Shown: positions 30,160-43,548, counted from the first letter of the stretch. The stretch: DNA of 64,000 nucleotides from Bugula neritina (GCA_964035545.1 OZ037773.1:7841751-7905750); one strand, 5' to 3'. Made by a program: numbers and translations. The notes: generated by a model not told the origin, from the sequence alone.

Positions 30160-33100
30160 TTATTTAGATACAGAGCTGCGAACAGGGATAAGCGATCTTT
30201 GCTTTTGGGAATAGATTTTCTTCTTTAAGGGTGCGAGAGAACCAGCTGATGTCACTAGTCTCGGTATTTTAGATTTCTTCATTGAACTAGCACCACCTAC
30301 AGCAGCATAGAAATAAATAAAGTCATTTTAATTTATATATTATATCTTAGCAGACCAACAAACTTTTATGAACGTAGTGTAAAATACAATTTTAATATTT
30401 TTTAATTGTACTTAATGCGAAGTGGTAAGAATAAAGTTTTTGGTTAAATTGCGATCAAAATTTACAGGGATAATATTTCTATATTTTATTCTATACATGG
30501 TCATGAGCAAGAATATTGCAACTTGTTCTAATGAACTACTAAGTAACGGAACATGTACAGCAGGCATTATCAGTAAACTCCGATTTATCGGATATATTCA
30601 GCTCACTATCAAGTAATGCTAATATTTAGCTGTATAATAGTCCTATCAACTCACCAACTCTTCTCATACAGGAGCAGGATACATCAGTTTCACTAGAACA
30701 CAGGCTAAGCTGGAGTTGTCTTCTGATTTGATAATCAGTTCTTATTTTTCTCTCATTATCCTTTGGAAAATAAAAACTTGGGAGTTATACTTTTTTTGAG
30801 TAACAATAAATTTTTACCACAAAGTTTTTATATTTTGCAGTTGAACCTTGAAGACCAGAACTTTTAATGTTTGCATGACAGTATTAGCCAAATTTTGAGC
30901 AAAAATATTCACAAAAAATTGTATAATTAAATTAAATTACTCAAATTTGCCAAAATTTAAAACATACTATCTGTTTCCTTATAAAATATATAAATATTTT
31001 ATGTCGATTATATCAACTTACCTCAAAAGAATCTACAGAAGATGTTTCCCATCTGTCATCTTGAGTATCTAGGTCAACTTGTAAATCTTTATTATCACCT
31101 CTTGGTACTCTTGAGCCAATCATATCAGCTGAACTACTTTTTGCTGAAACCTTATTCAAAAATGAATCTGTCCAGGAGGCAAGTTCAGCCATAGACTTTA
31201 TTGCTGCATCCAATACATCGTTTTTGGAAAGACTTTCATAAGTTGTTGGTATATCAACTTCCCATTCTTCTTCCTCTATCGTTGCCAATGTATGGATGTA
31301 TAATCTGTCATATTCTACTGAATCTTGTTCATCTTCTTCAGTAGCTCTGATGTCTTCAATTACTGAACCCTGATTGAGTTTAAACAACTTTTTTGTTGCA
31401 TTTGTAACAATATTATTGATTATTGCATTGACAAAAGTTCTTGTCTTTAATTCCTCAAGATTGGCTCTAGCTTGAGAAAGTTTCTGGGCACTCATAGCGA
31501 ATTTCAGATCAATCTCATCATTAGCTGGTGCTGCCTTCATCTCAGAGATTGCTGTTGTTGACGTTGAGTTGTTGTTCTCAACATTATCAGGAGTCCTTGC
31601 TTCTTTGTTTATTATGGGTTTCTTGTTGTGAGCCATAGAAGGAACTTGAGAGTCTTTAATTTCTACCTCCTTGTCTACTGATGTAGTAATTGTGCTCAAG
31701 GAGACAGTAGGGTTCACGAAGTCGTCATGGCTGTCTCCTGACCTAGTTCCTGTGGCGGACACACTAGTGTAGCTCGAATCTGTGTGAGAATTCTTATCCT
31801 GGATAGCTCTCTGCTTAAAAAACTGGTCGAGACAGGAAAGCGTTGTCATATTTCGGTTTCTTCGCTTGTTTTTCGCCTTTGTGCTGCTGGTTGTTGACGC
31901 TGGAATTGGTGGCCCTTGACCTTGAGATGTTGGGTAGCAGATTGCTTTTAAAAGACACTTGTCACTCTGAAAATGGATATCCTCTGGGGCTGTTAGATTC
32001 TTCTGGCCTTGATCATTTGAGTTGACTGGGTTAGGTGTTGGCTGGCTGTCTTTAATGACGGAGCCCAAGTTGCGTTTAAACAACTTTTTTGTTGCATCTG
32101 TAACAATATTGTTTATTATTTCATTGACAAACGCTCTTTTCTTTAACTCCTCGACATTGGTTTGAGCTTGAAAAAGTTTCTCTGCACTCTTAGTGACTTT
32201 CAGTTCAGTGTCATCATTAGCTGGTGCTGCCTTCATCTCATGGATTGTTGTTGTTGACTTTGAGTTGTTGATCTCAATATTATCAGAAGCCTTAGCCTCT
32301 TTTTCCATCATGGGTGTCTCTTTTCCGGCCATAGAAGAAAGTTGAAGGTTTTTAACTCCTACCTCCTTGTCTACTGATGTAGTAATTGTGGTTAAGGAGA
32401 CACTAGGGTTTACGGAGTCGTCATCGCTGTCTTCTGACTTAGTTCCTGTGACTGACACACTTGTGTAGCTCGAATCTGTACGGGCATTTTCATCTTGGGA
32501 AGCTCTCTGCTTAAAAAACTGGTCGAGACAGGAAAGCGCTGTCATATTTCGGTCTCTTCGTTTGCTTCTCGCCTTCCTGCTGCTGGTTGTTGATGCTGGA
32601 ACCGGTGGCCCTTGAGATGTTGAGGTGCCAACTGCTTTTGGTTGACACTTGTCACTCTGAAAATGAACATCTTCTGAGGTTTTCAGATCCTTCTGGCCTC
32701 CGTCATTTGAGTTGACTGGTTTAGTGGCTAAAATTAAACATATTACTTTTATTCTCAAAAATTTTATTCAATATTTTTATTTAAAGCAAAACAACTATCA
32801 TGAAAATGCTTGATTTAAATCTAAACATTAAAATTTTTAAAAGGCATCTTTATTTATAATTGTTTAATAAAAATGCTTACTTTGAATGCCAGTGGTTTGG
32901 AAATCTAAAACAACATCTGTCTGAGTGTTTCCGTCTTGAGTAGAAGAGACCCTGGTTTGAGTTTTCCCATCCTGAGTATATTGCACACTGGTTTCTGTGT
33001 TTTTATTCGCAGTAGATATGACAACTCCTTGACTGCCAACTTCACGGGTCTCATTTCTACTTTTTTGACTTGAAGCATCACATACCACTTTGCTGTTTGT

Positions 33101-33890
33101 TTGAATGGCTATTCCACAAGTTTCCTTCACCACTGTTTGTGTGAAAGCTGTTGCAGTCTTTATGGATGGCTTTTCTTTTGTGAGATTGACATCAGCTAAA
33201 AAGAAGGAAAACTTTCAATGAGTAAAAAACATCTGTGTGCATGAACACGCTCTCCAAAATAAAAAAAATGAAACACATCTTTGCATAGACCTTTTGCTCA
33301 GCCACATTTTTGATTATCACTTTTCCAAGTATTTTTCTTGTATAATTTTTAAATTTTCAACAATAATATACTTTATTAATGAGAGAGTTAGATGCAAAGG
33401 CCTCTTACACTTAATTTTTTACCATCTCATGCAATTATTGTGTTATATTATGTTGTACTATGTAACTAATAATGTCAGAATATGATATAACAATACAAAT
33501 TAATTTAATAACGCATCATGTTATTATTATAATATTATAATATACCGTCATATTACTGCAACAGATAAATATCACATGACACTTATTATATTGCATCAAA
33601 TTATCTTATATTATACTGCATGATATTGCATTACATTATATTATATTACATCTATATTCACTAAATTATAATATATTACAATAATATGTTATACTAATTT
33701 AAAACACACAGAAGAACTCACTCTGACACCCAGTATGAGTTCTTATTGGGCAGGAAGTCTCAGTGCTACGAGATGAAATCCCAGAAACTTTTGGATTGGA
33801 GTTGTCTGACACTTTCTGTTTCCGTCTTTTGACAGTCACCATTATTAGAGCCACAATGGTAAGAAACAGGATCTCTCTGATATAAGCCAT
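30160..33890 (-). CDS. Orphan ~810-aa disordered protein, copy 1: N-terminal hydrophobic anchor, TQT-motif array, ~230-aa internal duplication, two SxIP motifs
   Basis: Five phase-compatible exons (33890-~33722, ~33195-32881, ~32727-31022, ~30760-30655, 30296-30160). Frame and splice sites are preserved in the paralog. Confidence 0.75.
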
Positions 33891-35082
33891 TCTGAAATAT
33901 GAAATTAGCTGAAAATTTCTATTTGTGTAGAGAAAAGGGGAATGTTTTTGCTGGATCAAACTTTGCTTCTGGAAAAAAGCACTTTTTTATAAAGCTCGTT
34001 AAAATAAATTGTTCCAACTTTTGTAAGTGAAATCCACTTATATAGCCTAATAAAAAAAATGTTGCAAGTTATAAAAGATAAATGATTCACCACCTTCTTT
34101 ACTACCTTAGTTTCTTTAAAAGGAGGTAATTGTTTAGAGCATAGCCAGACATGGTTTAGTAGGAATTTATTCTCCACTTACCCATCTAACTGGAGATAAT
34201 CTATGGCAGTATTAGCCTGTGAGACTGACTTTAGGATTAGCCTGAGACAATAACTCCAACATACTGCAAGGTTATACATTAGATTATATATTGAAACCTT
34301 CTTCTTAACATACATATGCTATCTGACTATATTAAACATGCATTAATATAGAAACTTATGACTGCAAGGAAATATCACAACAATCTATCACAAACTCATA
34401 ACCCTTCATTCAACTCTAACTAATATTATTCAATAATGTATTGGTATTACTAGCAACATCAGGGAATAACATTCATAAAACTGAGTAGTTTAACACCGGA
34501 TAATTCAAATAAACATTGGCAGACAGTGTGATAACTCACCTAGGTTTAGAAAAAAATTTGTAAAAACAAAACAGAAACTAGAAAATTTACCTTCCAATGT
34601 ATTTGGAATATGTGGAGGTTCAACGTCATAACTAAAAATTACCAAATAAAAATGTAGACAATATGCTTTCATAAATATTAAATTAAAAAAGACTGCATTG
34701 TTTTTATAACTAATTCATATCATAATTTTGGAGCATCCTATTTTACACCTATTTAATGTATAAAGCCATGCAACCTGTGAAATAATTGAGTCCGACAATA
34801 TTGCATCAGAATAGTATCTGCTTTTGTTAAAAAGTTGTAAAAAGTTATAGCTTAAATAGTTAAATTTACTTACAAATATCCTATAAACCTTTGCAGAACT
34901 GACTCGGGTTTCTCAACACGGAAACATTTATCTGTAATTATAACATAAAGGCATTTAATAATTTAAGTTATGGTAAAAGCTTTTAGTTTCTCATATGCAT
35001 AGCATGTGCTATAAATAGAATTCTAGAAATGGTCAGACTGCATGCTACACTCTCTCAATTTGTGCATAAATAATATATATAT

Positions 35083-35540
35083 TATATATTTAGTATTGCT
35101 ACTTCATACTCTATTGGATATAACAAACTTATTTACTCAAATGACTACAAATTTGCTTTGCGTAGTATGAACTTTGCCTATCAGGTCGTTATGGTCGGGT
35201 GATTTTGTTTTGGAATTTATAATGTTTGTGTATTGCTACGCGGGTTTCTTCGCAATTGGCGTCTCCTAAATGCGCAAGCAAAAATTGTCCTTTGTGCTTG
35301 CGTGCCAGCAAGTGCATTGCGTAATCCTAAAACAACCGGAGTTATTCTCCCTCAACATGCAGGACATTTTGCTTGCGGATTGAGGAGACGCCAATTTAGA
35401 AACTCGCGTAGCAATACACAAACAGTATAAATTCCCTAACAAAATCGCTCGACCATACTACACGAAACAAATAATTTGCAGTCATTTAAATGAGTAAATA
35501 AGTTTATTAACTCCAATATAGTATCAATACTAAATATAAA
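35083..35540. mobile_element. Foldback/MITE-like element with ~200-bp imperfect inverted arms (copy 1)
   Basis: tgtttgtgtattgctacgcg..ggcgtctcctaaatgcgcaagcaaaa is inverted relative to ttttgcttgcggattgaggagacgcc..cgcgtagcaatacacaaaca. Confidence 0.7.
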
Positions 35541-36739
35541 TACTCTATCTTTTCGAAATATTGAATTCTCTTAATTCAGTTTTTAATCATAGAAACTATA
35601 TAATATACTTTACATAATACAGTTGTCACTCAATAGCTCTTAGCTATGGGATAGATTAGTACTAGAATAAATATTTAAAAATACTGCAGATACACTCATT
35701 GACTATTGCTACTGAAGTTAGTATTATATTAACATGCTTCACACAGCAAGTCTTTACCACAAACCTGCAGAATCATACTTTGTAACAATAACAGTTATAA
35801 ACTATGGCAAGTATAATAACCAACAAAAGTAAATCCTAACTATATAGTCTTTATAATGAGAACTCGACTGAAAATACCTGCTTGCTGAGATGAGTCAGTG
35901 CATATGTCACTCACATTAGTAAATATAAATTACTATAATAATATGATGACTACGACCCATCTACCTTGGATAACATTAGAATATGTTGTAGTTGTTTAAC
36001 GTTGTAGTATAATGAAAATATAGCTTACCCAATTCTTCAAGGTTTAGTATGCTGTTCAAAATACAGAACAGGTGAGTTAATAATACAGAGAAATCCATAT
36101 TAATATTACATTTAAATCAATATAATCATAGCAATACAGTACAAGTTAAGATAAAATCTTCTAGCTGTGTACACAAATATGCTGCAAGTGAAGTGGGCAA
36201 CAATGGTTTTTAGAATCAACATTGAGTTTAAGTTATTTACGTTCATCTTCAACAATCATATTATATTCATATATTAGAATTATTATAGAAATATTTGATA
36301 GCATAAAACTTATATATTAATTTAAATTTTTAGCTGTAATGCCTAGTTAAATAATATTTTATTGAACAAATTCATATATTTTTACATAGCAATATTTTTA
36401 TCACACATGCGGCCATGAATATTTGAATGTTAGCCGATTGCTGGGCAATTTATTTGCCAAATACTTACTAAAAGCATAATATCATTATATATAGCAAAGG
36501 GAAATTTCAAAATTTTATTGCACATTTCAAAATTATCTATTTATGAAAATTAGAATTAGAAATTATAAGGAATTACAATAAATATATAGACTTCTTTGAG
36601 TTTTTATAAATATATCTTATTGGAAAACTTCATTCTATCGCCTGCTCTATTAAATACAACAAATTTAATTGTTAAGGTAAGAATTAGTGTTTTAACTGAT
36701 AGGCTACCTGTACAACTTTATGTGCCTCCTGTTTCATTC

Positions 36740-36870
36740 TAATGAGTAGACAACCCCTGAAACGACTGCCGAACATATAGATTGAGATATAATGCTCTCA
36801 CTTTATGCTCGGCAAAGGCATTCTTTTGCTGAGCCTCCTATCCATGGCTACAAATTAAAGCTGTTTAGAT
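36740..36870 (+). mobile_element. Degenerate fragment of the 272-bp hammerhead repeat family
   Basis: ctaatga-gtagacaacccct-gaaac...agattgagatataatgctctca...ccatggctacaaattaaagctg aligns to the reverse complement of the unit junction around 7050-7180. Confidence 0.65.
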
Positions 36871-37029
36871 CTAAGCAAGACAAAAGTGCTTTAGAATGAA
36901 TCCTCTAATCTATCCTGCAAGTATTTCTATCATTACTGAGATACCATATAGCTTACTTTTCAGCTTGATAACCAAAAGCTATAGCCAAATACAAATATAT
37001 TATTTCTTAATTTCACCCTTAAAGTATCC

Positions 37030-38978
37030 AATAAGACACTGCCTCTATGTTCTCCACAGGGGAAACAACCAAGTGCAATCACAAGCAGGAACATGTAGAT
37101 CTGGTGGCAATAAGAATGGAAGAGTAGGGGTCGGGCGGTTGTTTTACCCATGGGGTGTGAAATTAGATATTAGGAACCCAGGCAAGTTACTAGTTACTGA
37201 TGAATTCAACAATGCACTGAGATCTGTAGATTTAGAGACAGGAGAACTAAACATGGTGACAAAATCTAACCTCAAGAATCCAAGAGGACTGCTCTGGGCT
37301 AACCAAGAGTTGCTGGTAGCTAATATGGCTGGCTACATTTCTCAGGTAAGTTGGTCTGACAAAGGGGTTGTTACCAGCAAAGTGGTAGCTGGCTCTACGA
37401 CGCCTGGTAACTTATACTATAGAAAAGCTGAGGAGGTTCAATTTACTTATCCACATGAAATTACCAGCGTGGGAAATAATCAATACATTGTTGCTAACTA
37501 TGGACGGAATATACTCAGCTCCTTAGATCTTAGCAAGCTAGTAGTTGGGCCTGTTTGCTTCAGAGGAGAAAAAATTTGTGGGGAAAACAGTTCATTTCCG
37601 ATGGGCCCTTGTCATTGTTGAGAGTAAGAAAAGACCTGTATGTCGGCATATATAAAAACATTTACAAGTTGAAAGGTGAGCGAACTGTGAATTCCATAAC
37701 ACTAACAAACCACAGGTTATTTTAATTAATCTAGATTATTGAGCGTAATTGTTTCTGCAAGCTTACAAATATATTTAGTATTTTCTAAAAATATTTACAT
37801 CTTGAAATGTCCACAGGTTTTCTGAAATATTATTAGAAAAAGCTGAGGATGCAGTTTTACATAAATATTTATTGCTTCATATTATCCTTTCTTTAACTTA
37901 AGAAAATACTAAAAGTATTTATAAACAAATGCTTCTGATGCATGCAACATCTGCTCATATAATATTGTGTTGGTTAGACGTGGTGCTGCCAGAAAGTAAT
38001 CTGCTGGAAGAATGCTTTGATAATAATGTGACGGCCATCTTGCCACCTGGTCAGAGTAGAGTCAAAGTACAGTTTGATTGTAACTCTATAGCTTTACCTG
38101 AAGGAGTGTACTAGATGACATGCAGAGTTGGGTTAAAGTCCTGTGTCTACTATGTCACTGTGAAAAGTAAGTACTAGAAGTAAACAACTCACAGAAAACA
38201 GTAAAAAGTAAATAGTTTTGGTTGTTTAAAATTTTTCTTTTTTGCTGATAATACAAGAGCACTTTGTTTTTAGAACCTCCAATAATAAAAAGGCTGTCAT
38301 TTAAAGCTGATTATGCTGTGACATGCAGTATTTTAAACAACAACAGCACCAGAACTCTGCTCTAGCCTGTTTTGTCTCAAATGAAAGACCAGCTAAAGAA
38401 CTTTTGTGGGCAAGGTCTGTCTGTTATTTAGAAATGCAAAACGAATGGAGCATAAAAGTATTTTTAATCCTGCGTCTAGTTAGTGATTGTCGAGTCTGTA
38501 AAAGGTTTTGTAATTTCTTAATGTTTATAGATTGTACTATAATGTCCCTCAGTATAAAACCATTCTATGACTGTACCAATGATATCCTGACCGTCCATTG
38601 GCCAACTGATGATCTGTACACTGCCACCACTTTGGAACTTCCTCAAGTGTTGCATGATTCACTCAGTAAAAAGCTAGCTCGTCCAGAATTTGCCAGATAT
38701 TCTGAGATCTTTGTTGCGCTTCACAATCCACCGTAAGTTGGAATGGCTTCAACTACACTCAGGTTCTCTAAGTAATATAAAAGAAAGTACATATATTAAA
38801 CTATAAACAGCTTTCAAGGGTAGCACATATCTAATTTGCTGACACGTTATAAACTGTTGCTTACAGAATAGTAGCTGCAAAGAAGAACTCGAAAGGAGAA
38901 GCCATGTCGGTAGTTTTAATCACATCCTGTACTGATGAGACTCAGCTTTATGATGCTATCAGAGATGCTTGCAACTAG
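37030..38978 (+). pseudogene. 5'-truncated NHL-like beta-propeller paralog with Cys-containing downstream exons
   Basis: Similar to the 8397-7556 exon (VGPVCF; DLYVG...IYKL.G at the same donor position). 1-nt frameshift at ~37607; in-frame TAG at 38112-38114; further exons ~38531-38731 and ~38866-38978. Confidence 0.75.
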
Positions 38979-40404
38979 ATGCTTGCCCAATCAACAGCAA
39001 GGGTACAAGTACTTGGACTGTAAACCAATAAGCAGCAAGGATGCAAGTACTTGGATTGTGAACCAATCAGCAACCTATATGCAATAGTTTTGACTGCACA
39101 GATTTGACTGAAACTGACTGACTTAATGTCAATGAAAAGTCTTTAATTTATTATGTTAAATGATTGGTTGCAGATTTGACTAAAATAAATGATTATATTA
39201 TATTGAAAACATATTCGTATTGGGTGTTTAACAACTTTGTGTGAGATTTTATAGAAATTGTGCTCTATTTGTTTTGACACATCATAGCAAAGGGAACTTG
39301 TAATGTGTGTTGTGCATGTGTTAAATTGTTTAGACAAAGAACCAGAACTTTATTTTTAATTCCCGAAAATTTAACTATTTTGTTACAAATGGTATAATAT
39401 TCAACAGCTTGATTTGTAAACTTTACGCATGTACGTGAGCGAGGTCTAAATGAATTCCGCAATCATATTTTATGTTAATATGCAAAATTATATGTATACT
39501 GTTTGTTGATGGCTACTGAAATTATAGTGAAGAATACATGCACAATAAATAATGAAAAATAGCAATCTTGTAAACATGTGATTAAGCTCATCTGGTGCTG
39601 ATGAATTACACAGTGATATCTTCTGTGTAATAGGAAAACCAGCTGAAGAAGAAAGAAAAATAATAGTTTAAGATGAGTTTATTCATGCTTTTCGAGGCAC
39701 TCATAAACATATAATATAGTGTGCTGCTTCAAGCCTCATTCAAGATAAAACATTTACACCTGTCACAAATTCTGAGTGTACATATATCTATAGACCTACC
39801 AGGTTTTTCCTAATGATTATACAGGAATGTTCATAAATATTCTAGACTAATCAAAGAGATGGGTCATTGTTCATTGTTACTATTTTGGTTAGTCATGTTA
39901 ACTACTGCCCAGCAATGTAAACAAGGTATTGCGCAATAATTGCGAAATAACCATGGAAATTCCAATGTTTTGTTTTGTTTTGATTTTCTATAAATAGTAT
40001 TGGCATGTGGGGAATGTTTTCTACTAGAATCTTCTGTACTGGAATGCTTGAGAATATTCTAGAGCTTTTTGTTTACTATAAATACTGAGGCAGTTGTGTT
40101 TACAGTTCAGTTTATTCTCGCAGTTCCTTTTTATAAGTTCATTCTTGGAGTTCACTCTTATAAGTTCATCTGTGCATATCTTACTGAAGAAATAAAGTCT
40201 ACTCTATTTACTCTCAACTGGATTAGCAAGCTGTATGCTACTTGTCTCTATACTTCTGACTACCAGACTTTTCGAACTCGTCACACTGCTACCAACAGTT
40301 TTGTGACAATTGGGGGCTGCTCCGGGAAGTCTCAGTCGCACACAGGGAAGTTATTAGTTACAACGTGAGTATACACAGGATTAATTAACGGTTGTTGAGA
40401 CATT

Positions 40405-43400
40405 ATGGCGTTGTTGGAGAGAGTGACACAGATGGGTAAAGATCTTGGACTGGTGGATGACAAGCTCGTAGCTTTTGTTGAAAAGAACCTACCCATTGTT
40501 GCTGCACAAGAAGAAAAAGAAAAGGACCGAGAGGAAAAAGAAAAGGACCGAGAGGAGCGGAGATTAGAGCGTGAGGCGGAAAGGATCAGGCAAGAAAATG
40601 AGAAAGCCTTAATGGAGATGAAGATAAAAGCTGATCAGGAGGCAATGGCATTCAAGGTTAAAGCTGATCAGGAGGCAATGGCACTCAAGGTTAAAGCTGA
40701 CCAGGAGGCAGAAGAGAGAAGACAACGACATGAATTAGATATGGAAAAGCTGAAAGCTGACACAAGTTTGGAGCACTCAAGACATGAGAGCACCAGGTTA
40801 GAAATAGCTAACAAACCAAAACCAAAAATACCATTCTTTGATGAGAAGGTGGACGAAATGGATAGCTATTTAGAGCGGTTCGAGTGGGTTGCCGAAGGAT
40901 GTAACTGGGACAAGGGAGATTGGCCCTACCATCTCAGTCAGTACCTAAGGGGTACAGCAACAGAAGCTTACATCCGGTTATCACCTACCGACCGTAGAGA
41001 TTATAAAAAAGTCAAAGAAGCCTTGTTGGAGCGCTTTAACTTGACTCAAGAGGGCTACAAAAAAAAGCTCAGAGAGGCAGAAGCTTACGAGGATGAAACT
41101 CCTGCCCAACTATTCACTAGGATAGAAACTTATGTGCACAAGTGGGTAGAACTTTCAGGGGGCATGGACATAGCCAAACTAGTGGCGACTGAACAATTTA
41201 TATCATCATGCCCAGACGACCTAGCTGTGCATTTAAAGCAAAGTTCCTACAACAGCAGTGAGGATATGTGTGATGCAGCGTCACTGTTCTTGCACGCTCG
41301 TGGAAGGAAACTAGCAAAGACAAAGAAAACTAATACAAAAAGGATGGAAAACGCGCCTGCCGATAGCATGGATGCTGAACAAGGAAGTAAAAGCGATGGT
41401 GCATGCTTCATCTGCAAAGATAAGTCGCACATTGCTCGTAACTGCCCACGGCAAGGGAAGAAGCACTGTTCACATTGCAAGATGAACAACCACAATACTT
41501 CAGACTGCAGAAAGTATGGTGGGAGGTTAGTGCATGCTGCTGCTGCAATAGCGACTACTCAGAATAAGACTGTGGTCACAGATCCAGGAATCTCATCTAA
41601 AGTGGAAGAACCTACGGAAATCACAGTTAATGGTAAAAAGTTTATCAACGCTGCTGTCTGCAAGAATGGACCTAAATTCAAAGATGGGGGCACAGCGATA
41701 TTTGATGCGGAAGTTAATGGCCAACGAGCTACTGTAATGCGCGACACCGGCTGTGGTTGCATTGTAGTCAATGCAAAGTATGTGCAACCTCAACACTTAA
41801 CTGGAGAATCAGTTTATCTGAAGATGGCTGATGCAAGTGTTAAGGAGGCTCAGTGGGCACTTATCTCAGTGCGCTCACCATTTTACAATGGAGTCGTCAA
41901 AGCTGCAGTAATGGACAAGACGATTTGTGACCTGCTTATTGGGAATGTGGATGGAGCGAGATCAGCTGACCAGCCGCTGGAAAACTGGAAGGACTGCGCC
42001 GTAACCACAAGAGCTCAGGCTGTCAAGGAAAAGTCAGGAGACAAACCACTGAAGATTGATTCAAATACTAACCCATTAAGTATAGGGAAAGATGAAATAG
42101 CCAGACTGCAGAGGGATGACCCCACATTGGAACGTTTCTTCGATGCAAAAGAAGTGAAGGAGAAAAAGGGATGCACCACTAGGTTTGTGGTGAGGAACAA
42201 GATTCTGTACCGTGAGTACACCGACTCGAAGCCTGTCAGTGTAAAACCTGTTAAACAACTCATGGTACCCAGTTCACTGAGGAAGGAAGTTCTACAGAAA
42301 GCTCATGACTGCATAATGAGCGGACACCTAGGAGTAAAGAAAACCACTGATAGAGTGCTTTCCAACTTCTTCTGGCCAGGACTAAACGGAGATGTCGTAC
42401 GTTTCTGTCAATCATGTGACATTTGCCAGAAGACAGTGAAAAAAGGCTCAGTCATGAAAGTTCCAGTACAGGAAACTCCACTAATTGACACCCCATTCAA
42501 GAGATGTGCAATAGACCTAGTCGGACCAATTAACCCTCCAAGTGAGAAAGGACACCGCTACATCCTAACTTTAGTTGACTATGCTACAAGATACCCTGAA
42601 GCTACACCATTGAAGAACATTGACTCAGCTACTGTAGCTGAAGCGCTGCTTGACATATACAGTCGTGTTGGGATACCAGAGGAGGTGATAAGCGACCAAG
42701 GAACTCAATTCGTCTCGGATTACATGAAAGAGTTTACCAGATTACTTGACATGCGACAACTTCCTACTTCACCATACCATGCAATGGCCAATGGACTTGT
42801 GGAAAAGTTCAACGGAACCCTCAAGAGTATGTTAAAAAAGTTGTGTGCTAAAGAACCAAGACAGTGGCATCGGTTCATCAATGCAGCTCTATTTGCATAT
42901 AGAGAAGTCCCACAGGAATCAACAGGCTTCGCCCCATTCGAGTTACTCTATGGAAGAACTGTGCGTGGACCAATGTACATCCTGCGACAACTTTGGACAA
43001 AAGAAGACACTGCCGATGAAGTCAAGACCTGCTATCAACATGTTTTTGAATTGAGAGAGCGTTTAGATGACATGATGGAGATGGCACTAGCTTCGCTAAA
43101 AGACAGTCAAAAAAGATACAAACACTATTTTGATAAGAAAGCTAAGCAGAGAGACTTCAAACCTGGTGACAAAGTGCTCATTCTTCTACCTACGGATGGA
43201 AATAAATTGCTGATGCATTGGCAAGGACCATTCAATATTGAGGAGAAAGTCAGACTGAATGACTACATTATCAACATCAGAGGGAAGAGGAGAACATACC
43301 ATGCCAACATGCTGAAGAAACATTTTGAGCGGGAGACACCTACTGACTCTATGACTGTTGGAGCTGTGATGACTCTAGATGCTGCTGGTGCTGGAATTAT

Positions 43401-43548
43401 TGATCACGATAAGGAAAGAGAAGAATGCCAAAATGATTTGTTGGATCTGTACAGTAAGAAACAGCAGAGTGATGAGATGGGCTATGTATTTACAGAACTT
43501 CAGAATAAAGGTGGAGTCAATCAAAGGAAAGGACAATGTTGGAGCTGA
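40405..43548 (+). CDS. Gag-protease-integrase polyprotein (1047 aa), no RT
   Basis: Coiled-coil Gag; two CX2CX4HX4C knuckles; protease RDTG; integrase HHCC, IDLVGP/SDQG/NGLVE and WQGPF. No YxDD RT domain. Confidence 0.95.
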   Translation: MALLERVTQMGKDLGLVDDKLVAFVEKNLPIVAAQEEKEKDREEKEKDREERRLEREAERIRQENEKALMEMKIKADQEAMAFKVKADQEAMALKVKADQEAEERRQRHELDMEKLKADTSLEHSRHESTRLEIANKPKPKIPFFDEKVDEMDSYLERFEWVAEGCNWDKGDWPYHLSQYLRGTATEAYIRLSPTDRRDYKKVKEALLERFNLTQEGYKKKLREAEAYEDETPAQLFTRIETYVHKWVELSGGMDIAKLVATEQFISSCPDDLAVHLKQSSYNSSEDMCDAASLFLHARGRKLAKTKKTNTKRMENAPADSMDAEQGSKSDGACFICKDKSHIARNCPRQGKKHCSHCKMNNHNTSDCRKYGGRLVHAAAAIATTQNKTVVTDPGISSKVEEPTEITVNGKKFINAAVCKNGPKFKDGGTAIFDAEVNGQRATVMRDTGCGCIVVNAKYVQPQHLTGESVYLKMADASVKEAQWALISVRSPFYNGVVKAAVMDKTICDLLIGNVDGARSADQPLENWKDCAVTTRAQAVKEKSGDKPLKIDSNTNPLSIGKDEIARLQRDDPTLERFFDAKEVKEKKGCTTRFVVRNKILYREYTDSKPVSVKPVKQLMVPSSLRKEVLQKAHDCIMSGHLGVKKTTDRVLSNFFWPGLNGDVVRFCQSCDICQKTVKKGSVMKVPVQETPLIDTPFKRCAIDLVGPINPPSEKGHRYILTLVDYATRYPEATPLKNIDSATVAEALLDIYSRVGIPEEVISDQGTQFVSDYMKEFTRLLDMRQLPTSPYHAMANGLVEKFNGTLKSMLKKLCAKEPRQWHRFINAALFAYREVPQESTGFAPFELLYGRTVRGPMYILRQLWTKEDTADEVKTCYQHVFELRERLDDMMEMALASLKDSQKRYKHYFDKKAKQRDFKPGDKVLILLPTDGNKLLMHWQGPFNIEEKVRLNDYIINIRGKRRTYHANMLKKHFERETPTDSMTVGAVMTLDAAGAGIIDHDKEREECQNDLLDLYSKKQQSDEMGYVFTELQNKGGVNQRKGQCWS

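Larger units (their letters stand above)
29980..36295. repeat. Segmental duplication, copy 1 (direct repeat of ~50440-56890)
   Basis: Colinear high similarity across exons, introns and flanks by eye; left edge diffuse. Confidence 0.95.

Noticed and set aside
38925-38960. CTGATGA here and at ~5147, ~17106 and ~20824 as further hammerheads
   Set aside because: No stem II followed by GAAA and no closing stems.
40069-40368. 99-aa ORF repeated at 43934..44221
   Set aside because: Incidental non-ATG frame inside the LTRs.
40405-43548. Ginger-type DNA transposon or domesticated integrase gene
   Set aside because: LTRs, PBS, PPT, Gag, protease and an RNase H remnant show an LTR retrotransposon derivative.
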